64,000 nucleotides of DNA from Kiritimatiellia bacterium. GTDB taxonomy: Bacteria > Verrucomicrobiota > Kiritimatiellia > CAIKKV01. Below the pieces are notes generated by a model. It searched no databases. It saw nothing but the letters and a program-made list of their open reading frames with translations, and was not told the DNA's origin. The stretch is taken from NCBI GenBank assembly GCA_046484345.1, contig JAWOJA010000063.1:432-64431 (forward strand). Direction: 5' to 3'. This document shows positions 17,558 through 28,615 of the stretch, in pieces; within the stretch, counting starts at the first letter, position 1; every line of letters begins with the position of its first letter. Both the position numbers and the translations under genes were made by a program.

Positions 17558-18892
17558 GTGAGCGATATCCAGGTGAAGAGCGAAAACGCGGGACCATGCC
17601 GCAAGGCGTTGACAATTGTGGTGCCGGCCTCCGATGTGGACACCCAGTACCGGAAATTGCTGGACCTCTACTCCAAGAGCGCCCGTATTCCCGGCTTCCG
17701 GCCCGGCAAGGCGCCCGGGACGCTGGTGGAGAAGCATTACGGAAAAGAGATCCGCAGCGAGATGAAGGATTACCTGCTTGCTCACGGCTACCGTTCGGCA
17801 ATGGACCAGGAAAAAATCCGACCCGTGGCGGCCGTGGATGTGACGGACGAAAGTCCCGTGCTGGCCGGCGCGCCCTTTTCCTTCAAGGTGACGGTGGACC
17901 TGCCTCCCACCTTCGAGCTGCCGGTCTACAAGGGCATCGCCATCGCCCCGCAGGCGGTCGAAGTCACGGACGCCCAGGTCGAGGAGTCGATCCAGCAGTT
18001 GCGCGACCGCATGGCCCGCTATAATGAGGTCAGGGAGCGCCCGGTCCAGGCCGGTGACATCGTCAAGATCGACTACCAGGGCGTGTGCGAGGGCAAGCCG
18101 GTCGGGGAGCTCGCGCCCGGGTGCGCGGGCATTGGAGATGGCAAGGACTTCTGGCTGCGCACGGACGCGGCCGGAGACGCCGACTTCCTGCCCGGCGCCG
18201 CCCAGGCGGTTGCCGGCATGGAGAACGGATCCACCCGCGAGACGCCGATCGCCTTTCCGGCCGAGTATCACGTGAAGGAGCTGGCCGGCAAAACCGCGAC
18301 CTACACGATCACGGTCAAGGAAGTCCGCGAAAAACTCATGCCGGAAATGGATGAGGATTTCTACAAGATGACGGGTGCGGCGAACCGGGACGATCTTGTG
18401 ACCAAGATCCGCGAAAACCTGATGCGCGGCGCCCAGCGCGCCGAGGATTCGCGCCGGCTGGAGGCGGCCTCTCGCTTTCTGCTGGAGAATACGAAGATTG
18501 ACGAGCTGCCCCAGACCGAGGTGCAAAACGAGACGCAGCAGATTGTCATGAACATTGTTCGTGAAAACACGTTGCGCGGCGTCACCAGCGACATCATCAA
18601 GGATCAGCGCGACAGCATCATGAACGCGGCCACGCGGTCATCCGAGGAGCGGGTGAAGCTCTCCCACATCCTGGACCGCATCGCCGAGGCGGAGAAGATC
18701 GAGGTGCAGGAAGCCGACGTGAAGTCCGCCGTGGCCATGTTGGCGGCCCGGCAGCGGCAGTCGCCCGAAAAGCTCCGCGAAGAACTCGAAAAAGACGGCC
18801 GCATCAACCACCTGGTTCGCGACATGCGCAACGAGAAGGCGCTCGCCTTCGTCGTCAAGAACGCCGCCGGAACCGATGTTGCAACGGCTTGA
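17558..18892 (+). CDS. tig: Trigger factor (ribosome-associated PPIase chaperone), GTG start
   Basis: The N-terminal ribosome-binding region (…FRPGKAP…) and the central FKBP domain are present. Confidence 0.85.
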   Translation: MSDIQVKSENAGPCRKALTIVVPASDVDTQYRKLLDLYSKSARIPGFRPGKAPGTLVEKHYGKEIRSEMKDYLLAHGYRSAMDQEKIRPVAAVDVTDESPVLAGAPFSFKVTVDLPPTFELPVYKGIAIAPQAVEVTDAQVEESIQQLRDRMARYNEVRERPVQAGDIVKIDYQGVCEGKPVGELAPGCAGIGDGKDFWLRTDAAGDADFLPGAAQAVAGMENGSTRETPIAFPAEYHVKELAGKTATYTITVKEVREKLMPEMDEDFYKMTGAANRDDLVTKIRENLMRGAQRAEDSRRLEAASRFLLENTKIDELPQTEVQNETQQIVMNIVRENTLRGVTSDIIKDQRDSIMNAATRSSEERVKLSHILDRIAEAEKIEVQEADVKSAVAMLAARQRQSPEKLREELEKDGRINHLVRDMRNEKALAFVVKNAAGTDVATA

Positions 18893-18905
18893 AAAAGGAG
18901 GCCCC

Positions 18906-19520
18906 ATGAAGGCTCATAACCAGATACTCATTCCGATGGTTGTCGAACAGACGGGCCGCGGCGAGCGGGCGTACGACATTTATTCCCGCCTGCTGAAGGA
19001 CCGCATCATCTTTGTCGGCACGGCCATCGACGACGATGTCAGCAACCTGATCATCGCCCAGATGCTGTTCCTGCAGAGCGAGGATGCCGAGAAGGACATC
19101 AGCCTGTACGTCAATTCGCCGGGCGGTTCGGTGACGGCCGGGCTGGCGATCTACGACACGATCCAGTTCCTGAAATGCGACGTGGCCACCTACTGCGTGG
19201 GCCAGGCCGCCAGCATGGGGGCGCTCCTGCTCGCGGCCGGTGCGGCCGGCAAGCGGTTCGCGCTTCCCAACGCCCGGATCATGATCCACCAGCCCTGGGG
19301 TGGGGCGCAGGGCCAGGCCTCGGACGTGAGCATCCAGGCGCGCGAAATCCTGCGCCTGCGCGAGCGGCTCAATGCCATCCTGGCCTCCCACACGGGCAAG
19401 CCGGTGGAAACGATCGAAAAAGATACGGATCGCGATAATTTCATGTCCGCCGATGAAGCCAAAAAATACGGCATCGTGGACGAAGTGGTGGCCAGTCGCA
19501 AGACAGTCACCAAGAAGTAA
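18906..19520 (+). CDS. clpP: ATP-dependent Clp protease proteolytic subunit
   Basis: The catalytic Ser motif ([11 protein letters not shown]) and His (MIHQP) are present. I chose the start at [16 protein letters not shown]. Confidence 0.9.
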   Translation: MKAHNQILIPMVVEQTGRGERAYDIYSRLLKDRIIFVGTAIDDDVSNLIIAQMLFLQSEDAEKDISLYVNSPGGSVTAGLAIYDTIQFLKCDVATYCVGQAASMGALLLAAGAAGKRFALPNARIMIHQPWGGAQGQASDVSIQAREILRLRERLNAILASHTGKPVETIEKDTDRDNFMSADEAKKYGIVDEVVASRKTVTKK

Positions 19521-19523
19521 CGG

Positions 19524-20777
19524 ATGGATATGGCCAAGGAAGATAGCGGCGCCAAGTGTTCGTTCTGCGCGCGGCCTCGCCGGGAAGCCGGCAAGCTGAT
19601 CGCGGGTCCGGGCGTGTATATTTGCGACCGGTGCGTGGGGTTGTGCAACGAGATTCTCCAGGTTGAGGAGAAGCCCGCCTCCGCGCCCGTTGTTCCGGCC
19701 GAAGGGATCAAGGTCCCCAAGCCCCACAAGATCAAGGAATTCCTGGATCAATACGTGATTGGCCAGGATTTTGCCAAGAAGGTCCTCTCCGTGGCTGTGC
19801 ACAACCACTACAAGCGCCTGCACCAGGAGACCTATTTCGAGAAAGACGACCCTTACAGCGGCGTCGAAATCGAAAAAAGCAACATCCTCATGATGGGTCC
19901 CACGGGAAGCGGCAAGACTCTGCTGGCCCGCACCCTGGCCCGCTGCCTGGATGTGCCCTTCAGCATTTCCGATGCCACCACCCTGACCGAAGCGGGCTAT
20001 GTGGGCGAGGATGTTGAAAACATCCTGCTCCGGCTCATCCAGTCGGCCAACGGCGACGTCAAGAAAGCCGAACGGGGCATTGTCTATATCGACGAGATCG
20101 ACAAGATCGCGCGCCGCATGGAAAACGTGTCGATCACGCGAGATGTTTCCGGCGAAGGCGTGCAACAGGCCCTGCTTAAAATCCTGGAAGGCACCACGGC
20201 CAACGTGCCGCCCCAGGGCGGGCGCAAGCATCCGCAGCAGGAATACATCAAGATCAACACCGAGCACATCCTGTTCATTTGCGGTGGCGCCTTTGTGGGC
20301 CTCGAGGAGATTATCAAGCGCCGGGTTGAAAAACAGGCGCTGGGGTTTGGCTCCGAGGAGGCTTCCATCCGGCAGGTGTCCGCTGGACTGAGCGTGGCCT
20401 CGGAGGATCTGCTGAAGTTCGGGATGATCCCGGAGTTCATCGGACGCCTTCCGGTCATGGCTTCGCTCGAACCGCTGGCAATCGAAGATCTTGTGAAAAT
20501 ACTGACGGAACCGAAAAACTGCATGGTCAAGCAGTATCAGAAACTGCTCGCCATGGAAGGCGTGTCGCTTTCCTTCAATGAGAGCGCGCTTCAGGAATTG
20601 GCCCGGGTGGCGTTCCGTAAGAAGACCGGCGCCCGCGGACTCCGCTCCATCCTGGAGCAACTGATGCTGGACATCATGTTCGAGGCCCCGCGCGGGGGGA
20701 ACAACAAGGTGATCAAAGTGACCCGCGCGATGATCGAACGGGAATTCGCTTCCCGCGGCCGCAACCAGGCGGCCTGA
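19524..20777 (+). CDS. clpX: ATP-dependent Clp protease ATP-binding subunit ClpX
   Basis: It has a C4 zinc finger (CSFCARP…CDRC) and an AAA+ Walker A (GPTGSGKT). Confidence 0.9.
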   Translation: MDMAKEDSGAKCSFCARPRREAGKLIAGPGVYICDRCVGLCNEILQVEEKPASAPVVPAEGIKVPKPHKIKEFLDQYVIGQDFAKKVLSVAVHNHYKRLHQETYFEKDDPYSGVEIEKSNILMMGPTGSGKTLLARTLARCLDVPFSISDATTLTEAGYVGEDVENILLRLIQSANGDVKKAERGIVYIDEIDKIARRMENVSITRDVSGEGVQQALLKILEGTTANVPPQGGRKHPQQEYIKINTEHILFICGGAFVGLEEIIKRRVEKQALGFGSEEASIRQVSAGLSVASEDLLKFGMIPEFIGRLPVMASLEPLAIEDLVKILTEPKNCMVKQYQKLLAMEGVSLSFNESALQELARVAFRKKTGARGLRSILEQLMLDIMFEAPRGGNNKVIKVTRAMIEREFASRGRNQAA

Positions 20778-20795
20778 GGGGCGGCCTGACCCGGA

Positions 20796-21152
20796 TCAGA
20801 AAAATTCCACACCCTTGTTCGCGGCATCCAGACAGAGGACGATCGGCTTGTAGGTTTTGGCCTCTTCCGGGGTCATGACCGCGAACGAGAAGATGATGAC
20901 CCGATCGCCCTTGACCCCCTTGTGCGCCGTGGCTCCGTTCAGGCAGATCATGCCCGAGCCGCGGGCGCCGGGGATGGCGTAGGTCTCAAAGCGTTTGCCG
21001 TTTTCGACATTGGCCACAAGGATTTTTTCGTGGTTCAACAGCCCCACGGCATCCATGAGGTCTTCGTCAATGGTCAGACTGCCATGGTACTCCAGATGGG
21101 CATCCGTTACCCGGGCCATGTGCAGCTTGGATTTCAACATGATCAACTGCAT
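20796..21152 (-). CDS. panD: Aspartate 1-decarboxylase
   Basis: MLKSKLHMARVTDAHLEYHGSLTIDEDL… is a pyruvoyl-dependent PanD with the self-cleavage Gly-Ser site. Confidence 0.85.
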   Translation of the reverse strand: MQLIMLKSKLHMARVTDAHLEYHGSLTIDEDLMDAVGLLNHEKILVANVENGKRFETYAIPGARGSGMICLNGATAHKGVKGDRVIIFSFAVMTPEEAKTYKPIVLCLDAANKGVEFF

Positions 21153-21213
21153 GAAATTTCCGCTCCGTTTCCCATTGAATATATCTTTTTGCGCGGTTCC
21201 ATGCAATCCCGAA

Positions 21214-21618
21214 TCAGGCTTTTAATGAAAACGCATGGGGTAGCAGGGCGTCCAGCCTGAAGCGCCGGACCTGGCCGGGCTGGTCCAGGGTCACCAGCAG
21301 GCAATCCATGTCCGGGTCCGCAAATTCGGACAAAATCTGGCGGCATGCTCCGCAGGGCGTGGCGGGCTCTCCGCCGGTGCCGGCCGCGATGGCGATGTGG
21401 ATGAAGCAGCGGCAGCCGGCTGTAACGGCGGCGGCCACCGCCGCGCGTTCGGCGCAGATGGTGAGCCCGTAGGAAGCGTTTTCGACATTGCAGCCGGTGA
21501 AGATGCGGCCGTTGTCCGCCACCAGGGCCGCGCCAACCGGAAACTGGGAGTAGGGGGCATAGGCGCGCGAGGCCGCCTCGACGGCCGCCCGGATCAGTTT
21601 TTCTTCGACGGAGTTCAT
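21214..21618 (-). CDS. cdd: Cytidine deaminase
   Basis: The zinc-binding motifs CAERAA and PCGACRQ are present. Confidence 0.85.
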   Translation of the reverse strand: MNSVEEKLIRAAVEAASRAYAPYSQFPVGAALVADNGRIFTGCNVENASYGLTICAERAAVAAAVTAGCRCFIHIAIAAGTGGEPATPCGACRQILSEFADPDMDCLLVTLDQPGQVRRFRLDALLPHAFSLKA

Positions 21619-22481
21619 CGCTTTTCTCCGAGTAGGGCCGGTGTTTGAGACAGGCGGTTCCAGGCCGCATCCAGAATGACGCCTAACCGTCCGCCGGCCT
21701 GCCGGCTGACGGCTAGGACATGGTCATGGGAAAGATCGGGGGCGCGACCGGCCGCCAGGTTGGTGATGCAGGATAGGGCTGCCACCCTCAAGCCGCAGGA
21801 GCGCGCGGCGATGGCCTCGGGAACGGTGGACATGCCGACCAGGTCGGCTCCGGCCTGGGCCAGCATGAGGACTTCCGCCGGTGTTTCATACGACGGGCCG
21901 GAGAGGGCGGCGTAAACCCCTTCCGTTAGGAATTCCCCGGCATCGCAGGCGGCGGCCGAAAAAAGGCTGATCCATTCCGGACTATAGACGTGGCTGAGAT
22001 CGGGAAAACGGGGCCCCCACAAAGGTTGATGGGGCCCCCGAAACGGATGATCGCCCATCAGGTTGAGATGATCGCGCACCATGCAGAGCGACCCGGGTTG
22101 CAAATCGGGGCGTATGCCGCCGGCGGCATTGGTGAGCAGCACCGACCGCACGCCCAGTCTTTTCATGAGAAAAAGCGGCAGGACAACCGGAAGCCAGCCT
22201 TCGCCTTCGTACCAATGGCGGCGGCCCTGAAAGATGAGCGTCTGCACGCCATGGCACTCGCCGAGGACGATTCGCCCGTCATGGCCGGCCACGGAGGGCC
22301 GGCCGAGGCCGGGAATGGCCGACGAGGGGCACGCCTTCAATTCCCGGAAGACGTGAAGGGCCTGACTCCAGCCCGACCCCATGATCAAGCCGACAACCGG
22401 AGCGGATCCAGGAAACAGCTCCCGGCAAGCGTCCGCCGCGCGTGTCAGATTCTCTTCCTGCAGATGGGCGAATGCGTTCAT
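21615..22481 (-). CDS. Purine nucleoside phosphorylase (PNP/MTAP family, trimeric type)
   Basis: It has the PNP-UDP fold with the phosphate-binding GSGWS motif and the conserved STVPE. Confidence 0.8.
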   Translation of the reverse strand: MNAFAHLQEENLTRAADACRELFPGSAPVVGLIMGSGWSQALHVFRELKACPSSAIPGLGRPSVAGHDGRIVLGECHGVQTLIFQGRRHWYEGEGWLPVVLPLFLMKRLGVRSVLLTNAAGGIRPDLQPGSLCMVRDHLNLMGDHPFRGPHQPLWGPRFPDLSHVYSPEWISLFSAAACDAGEFLTEGVYAALSGPSYETPAEVLMLAQAGADLVGMSTVPEAIAARSCGLRVAALSCITNLAAGRAPDLSHDHVLAVSRQAGGRLGVILDAAWNRLSQTPALLGEKR

Positions 22482-23797
22482 AGGCCGTTGTCCCCCAGAT
22501 CCATCAGCAGCACCGGCAGGGGCGTTACGGGATTTTCGACAACCATGAAGGCTTTTTCGACCGCCGCCCGGGCGGACTCTAGCCGGCCGGGGTCGGAGGA
22601 ATGGAGCCGCGCCACTCGCTGGCCCTGCCGCACGGGTTCGCCAATTTTGGGCAGGCCTGAAACGCCGGCGAAAGGATCGACCGGGTCACCGGCCTTGAGG
22701 CGCCCCGCGCCCAGAAGGATGCAGGCCCGGCCGATCTCTTCGGCATCGACCCGGGCCATCCAACCGGAAGCCGGGCTCGTGACGTCTGCGGTGAAAGGCG
22801 CGGCATTTTCAATGGCGTCGGGATTTTCCAGGAACGCGGGATCTCCGCCATGCCGGCGAACCATGTCGGCAAACCGTTTTTCCGCCGCGCCCGATGCGAT
22901 CTGCCGCTGGAGCAGGGGTATGGCCGCTTCATCGGATGGCGCCAGTCCGGCCAGGCGGAGCATGCGGGCCGAAAGCGCCAGTGTGACGGTCATGAGATCG
23001 GCGGGACCCTGGCCGCGAAGGGCGCGCACGACCTCGGCCAGTTCCGGCCGGTTTCCGGCCGAGCGGCCGAGGGGCTCCTCCATGGCGGTAATCCAGGCGG
23101 AAACCGGCAGGCCCATCTCGCGGCCCACGGCCAGGAGCGAGTGGCCGAGCGCTTCGGCTTCCTTGCGGGTTCGCATAAAGGCCCCGCAACCGCACTTGAT
23201 GTCGAGGACCAGGCCGGTGAGGGATTCGGCCAGTTTTTTGCTCATGATGCTGGCGGTGATGAGAGGAATGGACGGCACGGTGCCGGTAACATCGCGCAGG
23301 GCGTAGAGTTTGCGGTCGGCCGGGCACAAGCGGGCGGTTTGTCCCATGATGGAGCAGCCGCCGTCGCGGACGATACGGACAAACTGTTCCGCGGTCAGGT
23401 CGGTGCGGTAGCCCGGGATGCATTCCAATTTGTCGATAGTTCCGCCGGTGATGCCCAGTCCCCGGCCGGCGACCATGGGAACGGCCAGGCCGCAGCAGGC
23501 GGCGAGGGGGGCGAGTACGAGGGAAACCTTGTCACCGACGCCCCCGGTGGAATGCTTGTCGAGGCGGGGCAGGGCGAGGCCGGACAGGTCGAGCGTGTCG
23601 CCCGAATCCAGCATGGCACGCGTGAGGGCGGAGGTTTCAACGGGTGTCATGCCTTTGAAATAGACGGCCATGGCCAGCGCGGCCACCTGGTAATCGGGGA
23701 TGGTTCCGTCAGTAAATCCCGCGATCATCCGGCGGATTTCATCGGGGGACAACTCCAGTCCGTCCCTTTTTTTCTCAATCAGCCACTGCGGTATCAT
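22478..23797 (-). CDS. deoA: Thymidine/pyrimidine-nucleoside phosphorylase
   Basis: HSTGGVGDK and the glycosyltransferase family 3 fold are present. Confidence 0.85.
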   Translation of the reverse strand: MIPQWLIEKKRDGLELSPDEIRRMIAGFTDGTIPDYQVAALAMAVYFKGMTPVETSALTRAMLDSGDTLDLSGLALPRLDKHSTGGVGDKVSLVLAPLAACCGLAVPMVAGRGLGITGGTIDKLECIPGYRTDLTAEQFVRIVRDGGCSIMGQTARLCPADRKLYALRDVTGTVPSIPLITASIMSKKLAESLTGLVLDIKCGCGAFMRTRKEAEALGHSLLAVGREMGLPVSAWITAMEEPLGRSAGNRPELAEVVRALRGQGPADLMTVTLALSARMLRLAGLAPSDEAAIPLLQRQIASGAAEKRFADMVRRHGGDPAFLENPDAIENAAPFTADVTSPASGWMARVDAEEIGRACILLGAGRLKAGDPVDPFAGVSGLPKIGEPVRQGQRVARLHSSDPGRLESARAAVEKAFMVVENPVTPLPVLLMDLGDNGL

Positions 23798-23835
23798 CAG
23801 AGCATGATAGTCCCGTTAACGGAACATGTCAATGT

Positions 23836-23875
23836 GGCGAAAAGGAAAGGCCGGAACCTGACGGTTCCGGCCTTT
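23836..23875 (-). terminator. Rho-independent terminator downstream of the PFOR gene (13-bp stem, 4-nt loop, U-tract)
   Basis: AAAGGCCGGAACC-TGAC-GGTTCCGGCCTTT is flanked by T-runs on both sides. Confidence 0.5.
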
Positions 23876-23896
23876 CCGATTTTGTCTATGTTTCCG

Positions 23897-26800
23897 TTAT
23901 GCCTTGGGCGCCGCGGGGGCCTTGTTTTCGGTGTCACAAGGCGTCAGGGCGGCCAGCTTGGTGAGCAGGTCGTACTTGGCCGCAAAGAGCTTGTCGGCCT
24001 GGCCCATCAGGTTTGCGGCGGTTTCGGGATTCATCTGTTGAAGCACGCGGAACCGGTTTTCCTTCATGGCCGATTCGCTGAACTTCATGGTCGGCGCCTT
24101 GCTGTCGAGGATCAGCGGATTCTTGCCCTGATCCTTCAGCGACGGATTGTAGCGGAACAGCGGGAAGTGGCCGGAGGCGACCGCGTCCTTCTGGTTGTTC
24201 ACGCCGGTCACCATGTTGATGCCGTGGTTGATGCAGTGGCTGTAGGCGATGATCAGCGAGGGCCCGTCATACGCTTCGGCTTCCGCAAACGCCTTGACGG
24301 CCTGGTTCGGATCGGCCCCGTAAGCGACCGTGGCCACGTAAATGTGGCCGTAGGTCATGCTGATCATGGCCAGATCCTTCTTGTTCATCGTCTTGCCGCC
24401 CGCGGCAAAACGCGCGACCGCGCCCATGGGGGTCGACTTGGACGCCTGACCGCCGGTGTTCGAGTAGACCTCGGTGTCGAGCACCAGGATCTTCACGTTC
24501 TTGCCGGACGCCAGCACATGGTCCAGGCCGCCGTAGCCGATGTCATAGGCCCAGCCGTCGCCGCCAACGACCCAGACGGATTTGCGGACCATGTAGTCCG
24601 CCAGTTGCCCGAGCCGCTGGCAGTCGCCGCACTCGCAGCCGGCCAGCAGGGTTTTGACGGACGCCACGCGCGAGCGTTGCGCCTCGATCCCGGCCTGGTT
24701 GGACTGGTCGGCCGTCATGCAGTCGGCGAGGAGCTTCTTGAGCGGATCCTTGCATTTGTCGGAGGCGCCGATCCGGGTGGCCAGTTCGCGGGCTTCCTCG
24801 TTGAACTTGTCGACGGCGAGGCGCATGCCGAACCCGAACTCCGCGTTGTCCTCGAAGAGCGAGTTGGACCAGCTCGGGCCCCGTCCGTCGGCGCGCGTGC
24901 AGTACGGCGTCGTGGGGAGGTTGCCGCCGTAGATGGACGAGCAACCCGTCGCATTGGCGATCATGAGACGATCCCCGACGAGCTGGGTGAGCAGCTTGAC
25001 GTAGGGGGTTTCGCCGCAGCCCGCGCAGGCGCCGGAGAACTCGAACAAGGGGCGCAGAAGCTGGCTGCCCTTGAGCGACGAGCGGTTAATCTTCTCTTCG
25101 GCCACCTCGGGGAGATCGAGGAAGAACTTGAAGTTTTCGGCCTCGTGTTCGCGCACTTCGATCTGGGGGCCCATATTGATGGCGCGCTTGCCGGTTTCCT
25201 GCTTCGTGACGGGGTCTTTCTCCCGGGCGGGGCAGGAATGGACGCAGGCGCCGCAGCCGGTGCAATCCTCGGGCGCGACCTGGACCGTGAACTTCATGCC
25301 CGCGAATTCCTTGCCCTTGGCGTCGGCCGACTTGAAGGTCTCGGGCGCGTTCGCCAGGCACTTCGGATCGTAGGCCTTCAGGCGGATCGTGGCGTGGGGG
25401 CAGACGAACGAGCAGCGTCCGCACTGGATGCAGAGATCGGGCTTCCAGTAGGGGATCTCAACGGCGATGTTCCGTTTTTCGTACTGCGTCGTGGCCGTCG
25501 GCCAGGTGCCGTCGTCCGGCATCTGGCTCACCGGAATTTCGTCGCCGTGCTGGGACATGATTTTGCCCGTGACGGTCTTGACGAAGGCGGGGGCGTCGGA
25601 GGGAACGGGGGCGGGCATCTTCTTGATGCCGGCCGGAGCGGCGGGAATCGTGACCGGCTCGATCGCGGCCACGGCGGAGTCCACCGCTTCCCAGTTCTTC
25701 TTGACCACGTCCTCGCCCTTCTTGCCGTAGGACTTCTTGATGGCCTTTTTGAGGCCGTCAATCGCCACATCGGGGGGCAGCACGCCGGAGATCTTGAAGA
25801 AGGCGGTCTGCATGATGGTGTTGATGCGGGCGCCGAGACCCAGCTTGTGGGCCAGGGCGTTCGCATCGAGCACGAAGAACCGGATTTTCTTGTCGATGAT
25901 CTGCTGGGCCACCTCATCGGGGATGTGGTGCCAGACCTGGTCGGCCGGATACGGACTCGAGAGCAGGAACACGGCGCCTTCCTTGGCGTTCGCCAGCATG
26001 TCGTATTTCTCGAGGAACGAGAAATTGTGACAGGCCACGAAGTCCGCCTTGGTGCACAGGTAGGGGCTGCGGATCAGTCCGGGTCCGAACCGGAGGTGGG
26101 ACACCGTGATGGAGCCGGCCTTCTTCGAATCGTAGACGAAGTAGCCCTGCGCGTAGTTCGGGGTGTCGTCGCCGATGATTTTGATCGAGTTCTTGTTGGC
26201 GCCGACGGTGCCGTCCGAGCCGAGGCCGAAGAACATGCACTCCACGCGGCCCTTGTGGTCCAGGTGGAAGTTCGGGTCGAAGCTCAGGCTGGTCTGGCCG
26301 ACGTCGTCGTTGATGCCGATGGTGAAGTGGTTCTTCCGGACCGCGGAGAGGTTGTCGAACACGGCTTTGACCATGGCCGGCGTGAACTCCTTGGAACCCA
26401 GGCCGTAGCGGCCGCCGACGACGACCGGATAACCCTTGAAGGGGCACCAGCCCTCGGACTGCGCCTCGCCGATGGCCGTACGGATGTCCTGATAGAGGGG
26501 CTCTCCGATGGAACCGGGTTCCTTGGTGCGGTCCAGCACGGCGATGGACTTGACCGTGGAGGGGAGGGTGGCGATGAAGCCGCGGATATCGAAGGGGCGG
26601 AAGAGGCGGATCTTGACGACACCCACCTTTTCGCCTTTGGCGACGAGGGTCTCGACCGTCTCGTGAGCGGTTTCGGCTCCCGAGCCCATGATGACGATGA
26701 CCCGCTCCGCGTCCTTGGCGCCGACGTAGTCGAACAGCTTGTAGGCGCGGCCGGAGAGGGTGGCGAACTTGTCCATTTCCGCCTGCACGATGGCGGGGGT

Positions 26801-27514
26801 CTTGGCGTAGAAGCTGTTGACCGTTTCGCGGCCCTGGAAATAGACGTCGGGATTCTGGGCCGTGCCGCGCAGGCGGGGGTTGTCGGGGGTGAGGCCGCGG
26901 CGGCGGTGCTCATCGACGAGCTTGTCGTCAATCATGGCGCGCATCATCTCCTCCGACACGGCCTCGATCTTCTGAACCTCGTGGGAGGTCCGGAAGCCGT
27001 CGAAGAAGTGGACGAAGGGAATGCGGCTGCGAAGGGTGGCGGCCTGGGCGATCAGCGCGAAGTCCATGGCTTCCTGCACGCTGTTGGAGGCGAGCATGGC
27101 GAAGCCGGTCTGGCGCACGGACATGACGTCCGAGTGGTCGCCGAAGATCGACAGGCCCTGGGCGGCCAGCGCGCGGGCTGTCACATGGAAGACGGTCGGG
27201 GAGAGTTCCCCGGCGATCTTGTACATGTTCGGGATCATGAGCAGCAGGCCCTGGGAGGCGGTGAAGGTGGTTGTCAGGGCGCCCGAGGTGAGGGCGCCGT
27301 GAAGGGCGCCGGCGGCGCCGCCTTCGGACTGCAGTTCCACGACCACGGGAATGGTGCCCCAGAGGTTCTTCTTGTTGGCCGCGGTGAGATCGTCGGCCTT
27401 TTCGCCCATGGGCGAGGAGGGGGTGATGGGATAAATCGCGCACACTTCATTGGTCGCGTGCGCCACAATGCCGACCGCCTCGTTGGCGTCGACCACAATC
27501 ATTTTGCCTGCCAT
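23897..27514 (-). CDS. por: Pyruvate:ferredoxin (flavodoxin) oxidoreductase, single-polypeptide PFOR/NifJ type, 1205 aa
   Basis: It has fused TPP-binding, pyrimidine-binding and 2x[4Fe-4S] ferredoxin domains (CIQCGRCSFVCPH…CTGCGACVHSCP). Confidence 0.9.
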   Translation of the reverse strand: MAGKMIVVDANEAVGIVAHATNEVCAIYPITPSSPMGEKADDLTAANKKNLWGTIPVVVELQSEGGAAGALHGALTSGALTTTFTASQGLLLMIPNMYKIAGELSPTVFHVTARALAAQGLSIFGDHSDVMSVRQTGFAMLASNSVQEAMDFALIAQAATLRSRIPFVHFFDGFRTSHEVQKIEAVSEEMMRAMIDDKLVDEHRRRGLTPDNPRLRGTAQNPDVYFQGRETVNSFYAKTPAIVQAEMDKFATLSGRAYKLFDYVGAKDAERVIVIMGSGAETAHETVETLVAKGEKVGVVKIRLFRPFDIRGFIATLPSTVKSIAVLDRTKEPGSIGEPLYQDIRTAIGEAQSEGWCPFKGYPVVVGGRYGLGSKEFTPAMVKAVFDNLSAVRKNHFTIGINDDVGQTSLSFDPNFHLDHKGRVECMFFGLGSDGTVGANKNSIKIIGDDTPNYAQGYFVYDSKKAGSITVSHLRFGPGLIRSPYLCTKADFVACHNFSFLEKYDMLANAKEGAVFLLSSPYPADQVWHHIPDEVAQQIIDKKIRFFVLDANALAHKLGLGARINTIMQTAFFKISGVLPPDVAIDGLKKAIKKSYGKKGEDVVKKNWEAVDSAVAAIEPVTIPAAPAGIKKMPAPVPSDAPAFVKTVTGKIMSQHGDEIPVSQMPDDGTWPTATTQYEKRNIAVEIPYWKPDLCIQCGRCSFVCPHATIRLKAYDPKCLANAPETFKSADAKGKEFAGMKFTVQVAPEDCTGCGACVHSCPAREKDPVTKQETGKRAINMGPQIEVREHEAENFKFFLDLPEVAEEKINRSSLKGSQLLRPLFEFSGACAGCGETPYVKLLTQLVGDRLMIANATGCSSIYGGNLPTTPYCTRADGRGPSWSNSLFEDNAEFGFGMRLAVDKFNEEARELATRIGASDKCKDPLKKLLADCMTADQSNQAGIEAQRSRVASVKTLLAGCECGDCQRLGQLADYMVRKSVWVVGGDGWAYDIGYGGLDHVLASGKNVKILVLDTEVYSNTGGQASKSTPMGAVARFAAGGKTMNKKDLAMISMTYGHIYVATVAYGADPNQAVKAFAEAEAYDGPSLIIAYSHCINHGINMVTGVNNQKDAVASGHFPLFRYNPSLKDQGKNPLILDSKAPTMKFSESAMKENRFRVLQQMNPETAANLMGQADKLFAAKYDLLTKLAALTPCDTENKAPAAPKA

Positions 27515-27540
27515 ATATCGATATCCTTATGGATGGTTTT

Positions 27541-28491
27541 TTACTTGGATTTCTGGATGAGTTCGCGCACGGAATCGACCTGGCCGGCGCTGGCGAGTTT
27601 CTTGTTCTTGTTGGCGATGAACTTGGCGTATTCGGCCATGAACACCTTGCCGACCGGGCGGAGATCGAAGTTTTCGGGATAGAGGGTGAAATGCTCGCGG
27701 TGAACGCGGTTCCAGACCAGGCGGCCGTCGGTGTCGATGTTGATCTTGGTCACGCCCTTCTTGGCGGCTTCGGCGAAGCAGTTCTCATCGACCCCCTTGG
27801 CCCCGCTCAGCGCGCCGCCGAAGTGGTTGATGCGGCGAACTTCGTCTTCCGGAACCGAGGAGGAGCCGTGCATAACCAGCGGGAAGCCCGGCATGCGCTT
27901 CTGGACGTCCACCAGGATGTCGAACCGGAGCTTCTGGGCGCCCTTGAACTTGAAGGCCCCATGGCTGGTTCCGATCGCGCAGGCGAGGCTGTCGCAGCCG
28001 GACTTCTTCACGAACTCTTCGGCTTCGGCCGGTTCCGTGAACACGTGCTCATTGGCCTCGACGTGCTCCTCGATGCCCTTCAACACGCCGAGCTCGGCTT
28101 CCACCACCAACCCCTTGGCATGGGCGGCGTCGACGACCCGCTTGGTGATGGCGATGTTGTTCTCGAACGATTCGCTGGAGGCGTCGATCATCACGGAGCT
28201 ATAGACGCCGCTCTTGATGCAGTCCATGCAGGTGGCTTCGTCGCCATGATCGAGGTGAATGGCGAACACGGCATCCGGGAAAATCTCGTCGGCCGTCTTG
28301 AGCATGGATTCGAGCATTTTCTTGTGCGTGTAGGAACGGGCGCCCTTGGATATCTGGATGATGAAGGGAGCCTTGCTGGCGATGTTGCCCTGGAACAAGC
28401 CCATGCACTGCTCGAGATTGTTGATGTTGTAGGCGCCGATGGCGTACTTCCCGTAGGCGTGCTGGAAGAGCTGCTTGGTGGTGACGATCAT
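27541..28491 (-). CDS. fba: Class II fructose-bisphosphate aldolase
   Basis: The motifs LDHGDEA, GFTSVMID and the EAELG… zinc-aldolase signature are present. Confidence 0.9.
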   Translation of the reverse strand: MIVTTKQLFQHAYGKYAIGAYNINNLEQCMGLFQGNIASKAPFIIQISKGARSYTHKKMLESMLKTADEIFPDAVFAIHLDHGDEATCMDCIKSGVYSSVMIDASSESFENNIAITKRVVDAAHAKGLVVEAELGVLKGIEEHVEANEHVFTEPAEAEEFVKKSGCDSLACAIGTSHGAFKFKGAQKLRFDILVDVQKRMPGFPLVMHGSSSVPEDEVRRINHFGGALSGAKGVDENCFAEAAKKGVTKINIDTDGRLVWNRVHREHFTLYPENFDLRPVGKVFMAEYAKFIANKNKKLASAGQVDSVRELIQKSK

Positions 28492-28615
28492 GATCTTATT
28501 CCCCTGTTGTTTCGACCGATAAAGCCATTTTCCGAGGTCAATATAAACAAATCGAATATATAAAATGCGGGGGGCTTTGTCAACAAAACGGATAACTAAA
28601 TCCCAAAAAAAGGAG

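Noticed and set aside
18855-20660. 601-aa ORF antisense to clpP/clpX
   Set aside because: It is antisense to two canonical genes and has no motifs.
22850-27682. 1610-aa ORF antisense to deoA and the PFOR gene
   Set aside because: It is antisense to an unmistakable 1205-aa PFOR, and its Gly/Ala/Val/Arg-rich translation has no domains. Long open frames are expected on the opposite strand of GC-rich genes.
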